Shown piece after piece: positions 1-8,595 of a DNA stretch of 64,000 nt (positions are counted from its first letter, which is position 1; each line of letters starts with the position of its first letter). The position numbers and the translations under genes are program-made. The DNA is from Clostridia bacterium. GTDB lineage: Bacteria > Bacillota > Clostridia > Oscillospirales > QAMX01. Below the pieces are notes generated by a model that saw nothing but the letters and a program-made list of their open reading frames with translations, made no database searches and was not told where the DNA came from. Location: contig JAFRWU010000056.1 of NCBI GenBank assembly GCA_017441705.1, positions 3,768-67,767 on the forward strand, read 5' to 3'.

Positions 1-73
1 TAATCCATCGGGTTGTCTCCTTTTGCGCCGGAGAAGCACCCGAAAGGCGCTTCTCCGGAAGCGGAATGCGGCG

Positions 74-2701
74 TTATGAAAGCGCCTTCAGAGAGGCGAG
101 AAGACCGTCGCGGGTGGCCTCGGCGCGGCGGAGCTTTTCACGCTCGGCTTCCACCACCGCGGCGGGCGCCTTTTCCACGAAATTGCGGTTGGAAAGCTTC
201 TTTTCCTCAAATGCCACGTCGCTTTCGGCCTTCTCCAGTTCCTTCTGCAGTCTGGCTTTTTCCTTTTCCAGATCCACCAGATCGCTCATGGGCATGTAGA
301 AAGCGGCTTCCGCGGTGACGGCAGATGCCATCTTCTGCGCATCGGCGGGCGCTTCTCCCGCGATTTCCAGAGAGGCGGCGGAGGCCATGCGGGCGAAGAA
401 TTTTTCCGCGTTCCGGAAGAGCGCGGGGCGGGCGGTGACCGCGATGACGTGCGCCTTGCGGGAGGGGGGAACGTTGAGTTCCGCTCTTCTGTTCCGGACG
501 GCGCGGATACCGGCCATGACCGCTTCGGTCTCCTCGGCGGCCTCGGGGAAATCCAGAGCCGGATCGGCCTTCGGCCAGGCGGCGGTGATCAGAAGGCCTT
601 CTTCATGCGGCAGGGAGGAGTAGATCTCCTCGGTGATGAAGGGCATGAAGGGGTGAAGAAGCTTCAGAAGGTTTTCCAGGACGTGGATCAGCACGCGCTG
701 GGCGTTCTCGCCCTCGGGAGTGCCGAGGCGCAGCTTGGAAAACTCGATGAACCAGTCGCAGTACATATCCCAGACGAAATCGTAGATCTTGCCGGCGGCC
801 ACGCCGAGCTCATACCGTTCGATGTTTTCGGTGACCTCGCGGATCAGGGTATTCAGACTCGAAAGGATCCACTTGTCCTCGGCGGCGAGGGCTTCCGGCG
901 CGGGAAGCGCGTCGTCCTCCGCCGTGAGGTTCATCTGCACGTAGCGGGAGGCGTTCCAGAGCTTGTTGGCGAAATTGCGCATGGCCTCCACCTTTTCGGT
1001 GGTGAAGCGGGTGTCGTTGCCCGGGGAAATCCCGCTGACCAGCGCGAAGCGCAGAGCGTCGGCGCCGTACTGATCGATGATTTCCAGAGGATCGACGCCG
1101 TTGCCGAGGGATTTGGACATTTTCCGGCCCAGAGCGTCGCGCACGAGCCCGTGGATAAAGACCGTGCCGAAGGGCTTTTCGCCCATATGCTCCATGCCGG
1201 AGAAGATCATCCGGGCGACCCAGAAGAAAATGATGTCGTATCCGGTGACCAGGACGCTGGTGGGATAGAATTTCTCCAGCGTTTTCGTCTTTTCGGGCCA
1301 GCCCATCGTCTCAAAGGGCCAGAGGGCGCTGGAGAACCAGGTGTCCAGCACGTCGGGGTCCTGGTCGATATGCGTCGATCCGCACCTGGGACAGACCTTC
1401 ACGTCCTCCCGCGCCACGGTCAGCTCGCCGCAGTCGCCGCAGGTGAAGGCCGGGATCCGGTGCCCCCACCAGAGCTGACGGGAGATGCACCAGTCGTGGA
1501 CGTTTTCCATCCAGTTGGTGTAGGTCTTGGTAAAGCGTTCCGGGACGAAGCGGATCTCGCCGTCGCGCACGACCTTCAGCGCCTTTTCGGCCAGCGGCGC
1601 CATCCTCACGAACCATTGATCGGAGGTGATGGGCTCCACCGTGGTGCCGCAGCGGTAGCAGGTCCCCACGTTGTGGGCGTGAGGCTCCGTCTTGACCAGA
1701 TAGCCTCCGGCTTCCAGATCGCGCACGATGGCTTTCCTCGCCTCGTACCGGTCCATGCCCCGGTATTTGCCACCGTTTTCGTTGATCTTCGCCTTGCCGT
1801 CGAGGATCAGGATGTGCGGCAGGTCGTGCCTTGCCGCCACCTCAAAGTCGTTGGGATCGTGGCAGGGGGTGATCTTCACGCAGCCGGTCCCGAAATCCTT
1901 GTCGACGTATTCGTCGGCGATGACGGGGATCTCGCGGTCGCAGAGCGGCAGGATCAAGGTCTTGCCGACGACGTCCTTGTATCTTTCGTCGTCGGGATTC
2001 ACCGCCACGGCGGTATCGCCGAGAAGGGTCTCGGGGCGCGTGGTGGCGATGGTCAGGTATCTGCCCGAACCGTCGGCGAAGGGATAGCGGATGTGCCAGA
2101 AGAAGCCCGGCTGGTCCTCGTAAACGACCTCGGCGTCCGAGAGAGCCGTGGTGCAGGAGGGACACCAGTTGATGATCTTCTCGCCCTTGTAGATCAGGCC
2201 TTTTTCATAAAGCGAGACGAACACCTCGCGCACCGCTTTCGAGCAGCCCTCGTCCATGGTGAACCGTTCCCGGTCCCAGTCGCAGGAGGAACCGATCTTT
2301 TTGAGCTGGGTGATGATGTTGGAGCCGTAAAGCTCCTTCCAGGCCCAGACCTTTTTCAGGAATTCCTCCCGGCCGTAGTCGTAGCGGGTCTTTCCTTCTT
2401 TTTCGCGGATCTCGGCCTCCACCTTGATCTGGGTGGCGATGCCGGCGTGGTCGGTGCCGGGCATCCAGAGCGTCTCGTATCCCTGCATCCTCTTGGTGCG
2501 GATCAGGATATCCTGCAGAGTTTCGTCCAGGGCGTGTCCCATATGAAGCTTGCCGGTGACGTTCGGGGGAGGGATCACGATGGTGAAGGGTTCTTTCGGA
2601 GAATTCTCGTCAGCCCTGAAGCTGCCGGAATCGAGCCAGGTTTGGTAAATCCGGTCTTCCGTGCTTTTCGGATCGTAGATCTTGGGAAGCTCTTTTGCCA
2701 T
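74..2701 (-). CDS. valS: Valine--tRNA ligase
   Basis: HIGH-like [13 protein letters not shown] and KMSKS motifs, C-terminal coiled coil; ATG at 2701 preceded by AAAGGA RBS; T-box upstream. Confidence 0.98.
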   Translation of the reverse strand: MAKELPKIYDPKSTEDRIYQTWLDSGSFRADENSPKEPFTIVIPPPNVTGKLHMGHALDETLQDILIRTKRMQGYETLWMPGTDHAGIATQIKVEAEIREKEGKTRYDYGREEFLKKVWAWKELYGSNIITQLKKIGSSCDWDRERFTMDEGCSKAVREVFVSLYEKGLIYKGEKIINWCPSCTTALSDAEVVYEDQPGFFWHIRYPFADGSGRYLTIATTRPETLLGDTAVAVNPDDERYKDVVGKTLILPLCDREIPVIADEYVDKDFGTGCVKITPCHDPNDFEVAARHDLPHILILDGKAKINENGGKYRGMDRYEARKAIVRDLEAGGYLVKTEPHAHNVGTCYRCGTTVEPITSDQWFVRMAPLAEKALKVVRDGEIRFVPERFTKTYTNWMENVHDWCISRQLWWGHRIPAFTCGDCGELTVAREDVKVCPRCGSTHIDQDPDVLDTWFSSALWPFETMGWPEKTKTLEKFYPTSVLVTGYDIIFFWVARMIFSGMEHMGEKPFGTVFIHGLVRDALGRKMSKSLGNGVDPLEIIDQYGADALRFALVSGISPGNDTRFTTEKVEAMRNFANKLWNASRYVQMNLTAEDDALPAPEALAAEDKWILSSLNTLIREVTENIERYELGVAAGKIYDFVWDMYCDWFIEFSKLRLGTPEGENAQRVLIHVLENLLKLLHPFMPFITEEIYSSLPHEEGLLITAAWPKADPALDFPEAAEETEAVMAGIRAVRNRRAELNVPPSRKAHVIAVTARPALFRNAEKFFARMASAASLEIAGEAPADAQKMASAVTAEAAFYMPMSDLVDLEKEKARLQKELEKAESDVAFEEKKLSNRNFVEKAPAAVVEAEREKLRRAEATRDGLLASLKALS

Positions 2702-2723
2702 GTCGGTATTCCTTTCTTTCGAT

Positions 2724-2988
2724 AAAAAATACCTCCCGTCCACACTGGGACGAGAGGAAATTCCTTTCGCGGTACCACCCGGTTTCGCCCTTTCCGGAGA
2801 AAGGACGCGCTTTTCTCGGCACGAAAATGCCAGAGCCCATGATAACGGGGGCGGCCGGAAGAGCTTAATGGAATTCGGCTCTTCTGCTCACAGGCGACTT
2901 CGTGATCTCCCTTCTCCGGTACGCGCGCTTTCAGTCGCGGCGCGCGCTCCCTTTCCCGCGGGGGAAAACTACTCTTCCTGATCACCGC
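2724..2988 (-). ncRNA. T-box riboswitch leader (Val, specifier GUC) with terminator
   Basis: On the minus strand: GCGGTGA...AGTA stem I start, GAA-GTC-GCCTGTGAGC specifier region, CCGTTA element, T-box AACCGGGTGGTACCGCG (2768-2785), then hairpin CCTCTCGTCC...GGACGGGAGG plus U-tract (2724-2757). Confidence 0.93.
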
Positions 2989-3009
2989 ATTTTGCGATAT
3001 AACGGAGAG

Positions 3010-3038
3010 AGTATAGCACTTCGCGCGGGGCTTGTCAA
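3010..3038 (-). promoter_or_regulatory. sigma-A promoter for T-box-valS
   Basis: TTGACA-17 bp-TATACT with extended TG. Confidence 0.85.
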
Positions 3039-3071
3039 GCTCTTTTCCCCGGGAAGAAGAAAAAAAGACGC

Positions 3072-3103
3072 AAAAAACCGGCTCCAGGCGCGCCCGGAGC
3101 CGG
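3072..3103 (-). terminator. Intrinsic terminator of the DUF362 gene
   Basis: CCGGCTCC...GGAGCCGG followed by TTTTTT on the minus strand. Confidence 0.75.
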
Positions 3104-3123
3104 CTGACGAATGAAAAACGGGT

Positions 3124-4212
3124 TTATTTGACGACGACGGTCTCGTATTCCTGGGTCCCGAGGCCCTGCTCGACGAGCTTTTCCAGCTGTACGTAGGGAT
3201 TTTTGCCGTGAAGCTGCTGGAAGAGGTGTCCTTCGCCGGAAAGCTCCATCCCGGCGGGTACGCCGACCGGGATCAGATCCTCCATCTTGATGGCGTCGAG
3301 GCTGGCGCGCTCCACCGCCACGATGTCGTCGGAGGCCATGATGCCGATGTCGGGCACCAGGGACGGGGTGGTCATGCCCCAGCAGTCGCACAGGGCGGTG
3401 ATGCTGGTCAGGACGTTGATGAAATACGTGTTGCCGGGAGCGAAGGTATCCAGGACCGTTTTCGTACAGATCGCCATACCGGTCTGGAAGTCCACGTAAT
3501 CGTGGCTGTCCAGCGTGATGGCGCCCACCGGACAGACCTTCACGCAGTGCTGGCACATGGTGCAGTGATGGTAATTGACCTCGTACTCACCCTCCCCGTT
3601 GAAGGAATTGGCGTAATGGTTGCAGGCTGTGATGCATTTGCCGCAGTGCACGCACTTGTCCGCGTTCCAGACCAGCCCGCCCTCCAGGGCGTGGATCTCG
3701 TGGCGGGTGCGGTCGGTGACGCAGCCCATGGCGATGTTCTTGCAGGCGCCGCCGTAGCCGCAGGCGCCGTGGCCCTTCACGTGGGAGAAATCGAGGAAGA
3801 AATCGGCGTCGTGGATCAGACCGGCCACGTCCACGTGACGGAAGGTCTTGAAGTTCACCGTTTTTTCGTAATAATACTTGCCCAGATGCCCGCAGTCGTC
3901 CAGCACCGGGCAGCCGAGGTTGGATTCGGTGTAGCCCCGCTCCTCGGGATGGCGGTTGTAGACGTAGTGATCGGTGATGAAACAGTCGCCGCCGTTTTCG
4001 TGGATGAAGCTCACCAGCTTGCGCACGAAGACCGGGGGGATGGTGGAATAGGTGACGCCCTGCCCGACGTGCATCTTGATGGCGACCGATTTGCCCTTGA
4101 CCTTTTCGGCGAGGCCGCTTCTTTTCAGAAGACGCGTGAATTTTTCGGGAAGGGTCTGGCTGGCCTCGTAACGGGAATAGGCCATGGGGGCGAAAAGAAC
4201 TCTGGATGCCAT
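3124..4212 (-). CDS. DUF362-family Fe-S protein with 2x[4Fe-4S] ferredoxin domain
   Basis: VAIKMHVG, SHVKGH...GGACKNIAMGC, CxxCxxCxxxC twice, CDC...PDIGI motif; AAGGAGG RBS. Confidence 0.85.
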   Translation of the reverse strand: MASRVLFAPMAYSRYEASQTLPEKFTRLLKRSGLAEKVKGKSVAIKMHVGQGVTYSTIPPVFVRKLVSFIHENGGDCFITDHYVYNRHPEERGYTESNLGCPVLDDCGHLGKYYYEKTVNFKTFRHVDVAGLIHDADFFLDFSHVKGHGACGYGGACKNIAMGCVTDRTRHEIHALEGGLVWNADKCVHCGKCITACNHYANSFNGEGEYEVNYHHCTMCQHCVKVCPVGAITLDSHDYVDFQTGMAICTKTVLDTFAPGNTYFINVLTSITALCDCWGMTTPSLVPDIGIMASDDIVAVERASLDAIKMEDLIPVGVPAGMELSGEGHLFQQLHGKNPYVQLEKLVEQGLGTQEYETVVVK

Positions 4213-4269
4213 GGGTCGTTTCCTCCTTGGTTCAGCTTATTAAAAAACGGCTGAAATCTTTTAAACCCT

Positions 4270-4298
4270 ATTTTACAGCATGAAGGAAGTTTTGTAAA
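4270..4298 (-). promoter_or_regulatory. sigma-A-type promoter for the DUF362 gene
   Basis: TTTACA-17 bp-TAAAAT. Confidence 0.6.
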
Positions 4299-4398
4299 GA
4301 AGGCAAATTCGATCCGGGAAGGGAATTCGCAGCGTTGCGGCAGAAGCGAGACTGAGGGGATAAAAAGCGGTTGAATGTGCTTCCTCAATACACAAGAA

Positions 4399-4476
4399 TC
4401 GATTGAAGCCTGTCAGCCCGTCCATTACGCTGTGCTCTGAAAGCCCGGAGGAGGCGCTTCCCCATGAGGCGCCGCC
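4399..4476 (-). repeat. Dispersed ~79-bp non-coding element, copy A (copy B at 43963-44041, opposite strand)
   Basis: Manual alignment of the reverse complement to 43963-44041: 14 substitutions and 1 indel over 79 columns. Confidence 0.8.
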
Positions 4477-4634
4477 ACGGGACAGACAATTGTTGAGGCG
4501 AGATCTTTGCCGTGGTACAAACGGCCTTTCCTTCGGATTCGATCGGGAATTCCGGATGCTGAAAGTTCGGAAAGCGCTGCGAAGGAACGGGAAAGGGAAA
4601 AGGCGGCGGATATCCGCGCATGTGGAAACATCTC

Positions 4635-4663
4635 TTGCAATTGTCGGCATAATGGGGTAGAAT
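4635..4663 (+). promoter_or_regulatory. sigma-A promoter for aldo/keto reductase-mtnN
   Basis: TTGCAA-17 bp-TAGAAT. Confidence 0.7.
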
Positions 4664-4708
4664 AAAGAAAAAAGAAGCCCCCCTGCGGGGCGGGAAAGGA
4701 CGGCAATT

Positions 4709-5677
4709 ATGCTCGAAACCGGAAAGATCCCCTTTGTGGACAAGCCCGTGTCCCGGCTTTTCGCCGGCACGATGCTGGACACCATGCGCGACGGAAGCGA
4801 CAATTCCGAATACCTGGATCAGGTTTTCGCGCTCGGCATCAACGCCTTTGACTCCGCCAACGTCTACGGCCTTGCGGAGGCTTCCTTCGGTCTGTGGCTG
4901 GAAAAGCGCCGCAACCGGGAGGAGATCGTCGTGCTGACCAAAGGCGCCCATCACGACATGTTCCACAAGCGCGTCACGCCCTACGACATCGAATCCGACG
5001 TGCACACCTCGCTGGCCAGGCTCCGCACCGATTACATCGATATCTATCTTCTCCACCGGGACGACGAGACCAAGGAGGTCGGCCCCATCGTGGAGAAGCT
5101 GAACCAGCTTCTGGAGGAAGGACTGATCCGCTCCTTCGGCGGATCCAACTGGACGCACAAACGCGTGGCGGAAGCCAACGCCTACGCCGAAAGCCACGGG
5201 CTCCGCGGCTTTACGGCCGTCAGCCCCTACTACGGTCTTGCAGTGCAGTATGCGGATCCCTTCGGCGGCGGCTGCATCGGCATCTCCGGCCCGGAAAACG
5301 CCGAAGCGCGCGCGTATTACAAAGAAAACGACATCCCCGTCATCCCGTATTCCTCCATCGGCGCGGGCTTCTTCTCCGGACGAATCAAAAGCGGCGATCC
5401 CGACGGCGCGCGGGAGGTCCTCAGCCGTTCCACAGTGCGCGGCTACTGCTTCCCGGAAAACTTTGAAAGGCTCAGAAGGGCCGAGATCCTGGCATCCGAA
5501 AAGGGATATACGGTGGCGCAGATCGCCATGGCGTTCGTCCTGAATCAGGATCTGCCGATGTTCCCGATCGTCAGCTCGCACCGCATAGAGGCGATGAAGG
5601 AGAACGTGGAAGCCACGAAGATCAAACTGACCAGGGAAGAGCTTGACTGGCTGGATCTTCTGAGAGAGGAAAGATGA
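4709..5677 (+). CDS. Aldo/keto reductase
   Basis: FDSANVYG, SLARLRTDYIDIYLLHRD, GGSNW, AQIAMAFVL motifs. Confidence 0.92.
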   Translation: MLETGKIPFVDKPVSRLFAGTMLDTMRDGSDNSEYLDQVFALGINAFDSANVYGLAEASFGLWLEKRRNREEIVVLTKGAHHDMFHKRVTPYDIESDVHTSLARLRTDYIDIYLLHRDDETKEVGPIVEKLNQLLEEGLIRSFGGSNWTHKRVAEANAYAESHGLRGFTAVSPYYGLAVQYADPFGGGCIGISGPENAEARAYYKENDIPVIPYSSIGAGFFSGRIKSGDPDGAREVLSRSTVRGYCFPENFERLRRAEILASEKGYTVAQIAMAFVLNQDLPMFPIVSSHRIEAMKENVEATKIKLTREELDWLDLLREER

Positions 5678-5680
5678 CTC

Positions 5681-6370
5681 ATGAAAATCGGCATTCTGGG
5701 ACCCAGCGGGGGCGAAGTCGGCAAACTGATCGAGAGCCTGGAGGAAAGACGGGACAAGGTCCGCGGCCAGGTGCGCCTTTATGAAGGAAGGCTGGAAGGC
5801 CTTCCGGTCGTGATCGGCGTCAGCGGCGTATGCAAGGTCAACGCCGCCATCTGCGCGGAGACTCTTCTTCTGGAAGGCGCCGAATGCCTTCTGGTGTGCG
5901 GCGTCGCCGGCGGGATCGACCCGCACCTCCGGATCGGCGACACGGTGATCTGCCGGGAAATCGCCTATCACGACGTGGATATTTCCTTCCTGCGGGACGA
6001 TCCGCCCTATCTGGATTCGCCCTGGTTCCATGCCGACGGGAAGCTTGTTCTCGCCGCGGAAAAGGCGCTGGGGAGCGAGCAGGACGGCAAAAGGATCTAT
6101 TCCGGCAAATGCGTCACCGGCGAGGCCTTCATCGCCGACGAGGGAAGAGAGGAGATCGTAAAGAGATTCGATCCCCTCTGCACCGATATGGAAACCGCCG
6201 CGGCGGCGCACGTGGCGAAGGCGCACGGGATCCCCTTCCTTGCGTTCCGTTCCATCACCGACACCGCCGAAAAAAGCGGTCTTGAGAATTTTCACGAGAA
6301 TTACCTGACGTCCTCCGCGATGGCGCAGAAAGCAGTGACGCTGTTCCTTCGCGAAATTGCCGCGGAATAA
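5681..6370 (+). CDS. mtnN: 5'-methylthioadenosine/S-adenosylhomocysteine nucleosidase
   Basis: SGVCKVNAA, GVAGG, TGEAFI, DMETAAAAHVA, RSITD motifs. Confidence 0.9.
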   Translation: MKIGILGPSGGEVGKLIESLEERRDKVRGQVRLYEGRLEGLPVVIGVSGVCKVNAAICAETLLLEGAECLLVCGVAGGIDPHLRIGDTVICREIAYHDVDISFLRDDPPYLDSPWFHADGKLVLAAEKALGSEQDGKRIYSGKCVTGEAFIADEGREEIVKRFDPLCTDMETAAAAHVAKAHGIPFLAFRSITDTAEKSGLENFHENYLTSSAMAQKAVTLFLREIAAE

Positions 6371-6482
6371 CCGTACCGCAAGCCATATAAGGCGCAAACC
6401 CCGGAAGACGTTCCCCGTGTCTGCGCCTTTTTGATACGCCGGAAACGTGAGGCGATCCACCGGAAGAAAGGATGAACGAAAC

Positions 6483-7361
6483 ATGAAGGTCAGAAAGGCC
6501 GTCATCCCCGCGGCGGGGCTCGGGACCCGTCTTTTGCCCGCGACAAAATCGGTCCCCAAGGAAATGCTGCCCATCGTGGACAAGCCCACTCTGCAGTACG
6601 TGGTGGAGGAAGCGGTGAAGAGCGGGATCGAGGATATCCTGATCCTGACCAACCGGTCCAAATCTTCGATGGAGGATTATTTCGACTATCATCCGGAGCT
6701 GGAAGAGAAACTGCGCGCTTCCGGCCGGGAGGAGGAAGCCGACGCGATCCGCGGGATCGCGGATCTGGCGAATATCGTTTTCATGCGGCAGAAGGAAACG
6801 CTGGGGCTCGGACACGCGGTGTACTGCGCCAGAAGCTTCACCGGAGACGAGCCTTTTGCGGTGCTTCTCGGCGACGACGTCATGGATGGAGAGAAGCCGG
6901 TGACCCTTCAGCTCGTCGAGGCGGCGGAAGAATACGGATGCTCAGCGGTGGGAGCACGGCACGTGGCGCTGGACCAGATCGGGAAATACTGCACGCTCCG
7001 CTATGAGGAGATGCCGGGGGAGGACAAGATCTTCCGCCTTCTGGATGCGATCGAAAAACCGCGTCCCGAGGAGATCTTTTCGGATTTCGCCATTCTCGGC
7101 CGGTACGTATTCACGCCCGGGATCTTCACGGCTCTCGCCGATCAGAAGCCCGGCTACGGCGGCGAGATCCAGCTGACCGACGCCATCGCGCGGCTCGCCA
7201 AACGGGAAACGGTGCTGGCCGTGGATTTCGAAGGAAGGCGCTTTGACACCGGGAACGTTCCGGGGTATCTGGAGACGGTCGTGGAATACGCGCTCAGTTC
7301 GCCGGAATACGGCGGCTGGATGAGGGAATTCATCCTGAAAAAAGCGAGGGAGCTTTCGTGA
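6483..7361 (+). CDS. galU: UTP--glucose-1-phosphate uridylyltransferase
   Basis: KAVIPAAGLGTRLLPATK.PKEMLPIVDKP, LGLGHAV, GEIQLTDAI. Confidence 0.96.
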   Translation: MKVRKAVIPAAGLGTRLLPATKSVPKEMLPIVDKPTLQYVVEEAVKSGIEDILILTNRSKSSMEDYFDYHPELEEKLRASGREEEADAIRGIADLANIVFMRQKETLGLGHAVYCARSFTGDEPFAVLLGDDVMDGEKPVTLQLVEAAEEYGCSAVGARHVALDQIGKYCTLRYEEMPGEDKIFRLLDAIEKPRPEEIFSDFAILGRYVFTPGIFTALADQKPGYGGEIQLTDAIARLAKRETVLAVDFEGRRFDTGNVPGYLETVVEYALSSPEYGGWMREFILKKARELS

Positions 7362-7798
7362 AAGCGCTGGGGATCGATCTCGGCGACGCGCGCACCGGCG
7401 TCGCCTCCACCGAAGGTCTTCTTGCGCGGGGCTTCTGCCTGATCAGGGAGAGCGGACTTCGCAGGACCGCCCGGCGCGTTGCGGATATCGCCCTTGCCGA
7501 AAAAGCGGACACGGTGGTGATTGGCGATCCTCTCAACATGGACGGGAGCGCCGGTGAAAAAAGCGGGAGGGCTCACGCCTTCGGAAAGCTTCTGGAGGGC
7601 CAGCTTTTTGCCCGCGGACTGGAAAACGTCCGGATCGTCTATCAGGACGAAAGGCTCACCAGCGTGGAAGCGCACGCCGTTTTGAAGGAGACGGGGAATA
7701 CCGACGCCGGTCACCGGGAGAAGGTGGACATGCTGGCCGCCGAACTGATCCTGGAGCGTTTTCTGGAGGAGGAAAAGCGGAGAAAACCCGAAGAATAG
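7358..7798 (+). CDS. ruvX: YqgF/RuvX family nuclease
   Basis: LGIDLGDARTGVA, VIGDPLNMDG, QDERLTS, VDMLAA; GTGA overlap with galU stop. Confidence 0.92.
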   Translation: MKALGIDLGDARTGVASTEGLLARGFCLIRESGLRRTARRVADIALAEKADTVVIGDPLNMDGSAGEKSGRAHAFGKLLEGQLFARGLENVRIVYQDERLTSVEAHAVLKETGNTDAGHREKVDMLAAELILERFLEEEKRRKPEE

Positions 7799-7829
7799 CG
7801 AGGATCCCATAAACGGAATCGATCGCGGG

Positions 7830-7863
7830 ACGGACGGGAGCGCGGCTGCGCGCTCCCGTCCGT
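7830..7863. terminator. Perfect 15-bp hairpin after ruvX (terminator or stabiliser)
   Basis: ACGGACGGGAGCGCG-gctg-CGCGCTCCCGTCCGT; no clear U-tract. Confidence 0.5.
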
Positions 7864-7912
7864 ATGCATTCCGGGAACGCACAGCGCTCCGGCGGCATAG
7901 GATGATGCGGGG

Positions 7913-8206
7913 GTGAAGCCTGTGGAGACGTTTCTGGCGCTGACCGCCGCTTTCGGGATCGTGACGGGACTGTGGCTCCTTTTCGGCGCGGTATTTCTTC
8001 GGGCGGCGGCGGGGAGAGTGGTGACTCTGGTGGAATCCCGGACAGACCGGGATCTTTCCAGCCTTCTGGCCGCGTGGATCTCCTCCTTCCTCTCCGGCGT
8101 GGAGGTGATCGTCCTTCCCGACGAGAGGGAAAAGGCCGGAAGGATCGTGGCCGAAATTCTGAAAGAGAGAGGAGCGGAGCCTGCTGAAAAAGCAGGGGAA
8201 GGGTGA
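7913..8206 (+). CDS. Small hypothetical membrane protein (start could be GTG 7922)
   Basis: N-terminal hydrophobic helix; CATAGGAT box upstream and terminator downstream. Confidence 0.55.
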   Translation: MKPVETFLALTAAFGIVTGLWLLFGAVFLRAAAGRVVTLVESRTDRDLSSLLAAWISSFLSGVEVIVLPDEREKAGRIVAEILKERGAEPAEKAGEG

Positions 8207-8254
8207 CGCGGCGTTCCCGGTGGGAAACGTCGCCGGCGGGCCGGCGCAAAAAAC

Positions 8255-8292
8255 GAAAACGCGGCGGGAAAGGACGCGTCCGCCGCGTTTTT
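8255..8292 (+). terminator. Intrinsic terminator
   Basis: AAAACGCGGCGG...CCGCCGCGTTTTT. Confidence 0.6.
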
Positions 8293-8360
8293 GCGCCCGA
8301 ACGGACGCGGAAAAGCCGGGAGAAGCGCCGCAGGGATCGGGCGGAAAAAGAAAGAATCGC

Positions 8361-8389
8361 TTGCTTTTTGCCGCAGTACGTGGTACAAT
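8361..8389 (+). promoter_or_regulatory. sigma-A promoter P1 of the polysaccharide locus
   Basis: TTGCTT-17 bp-TACAAT with TG extension. Confidence 0.65.
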
Positions 8390-8464
8390 GCAAAGGATAA
8401 TTCGTTGGTTGTATTGTACTGCGTTCCCGCCCGGAGAGACGTCTGGATTGGCAGGAATCGCCTG

Positions 8465-8493
8465 TTGCATTTATGCGGCGGATTTGTTATAAT
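8465..8493 (+). promoter_or_regulatory. sigma-A promoter P2 of the polysaccharide locus
   Basis: TTGCAT-17 bp-TATAAT with TG extension. Confidence 0.8.
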
Positions 8494-8595
8494 AAAGTAT
8501 GGTAGGCAGAACTGCTGCCTTTTGCCTGTAACAAGCGGGCAGAATGCTTCCGGCGTACCTGCCGGAAGATTTTGATACATATTAGGTGTGATCGA

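Noticed and set aside
23-62. Hairpin downstream of valS as its terminator
   Set aside because: The stem CCGGAGAAGC/GCTTCTCCGG is present but has no U-tract on the valS strand, and the context is cut by the window edge
449-2725. 758-aa plus-strand ORF, and similar long antisense ORFs (7711-10536, 38441-40282, 44319-46277, upstream part of 46548-49757)
   Set aside because: Antisense shadows of real genes in high-GC DNA; no motifs or RBS
4403-4660. 85-aa ORF overlapping the dispersed element
   Set aside because: No RBS, low-complexity basic tail, runs into the downstream promoter, and the second copy is frameshifted
7830-7863. Shared ACGGGAGCG arm with the 44356 hairpin as a repeat family
   Set aside because: Only 9 bp are shared in GC-rich DNA; chance similarity is plausible
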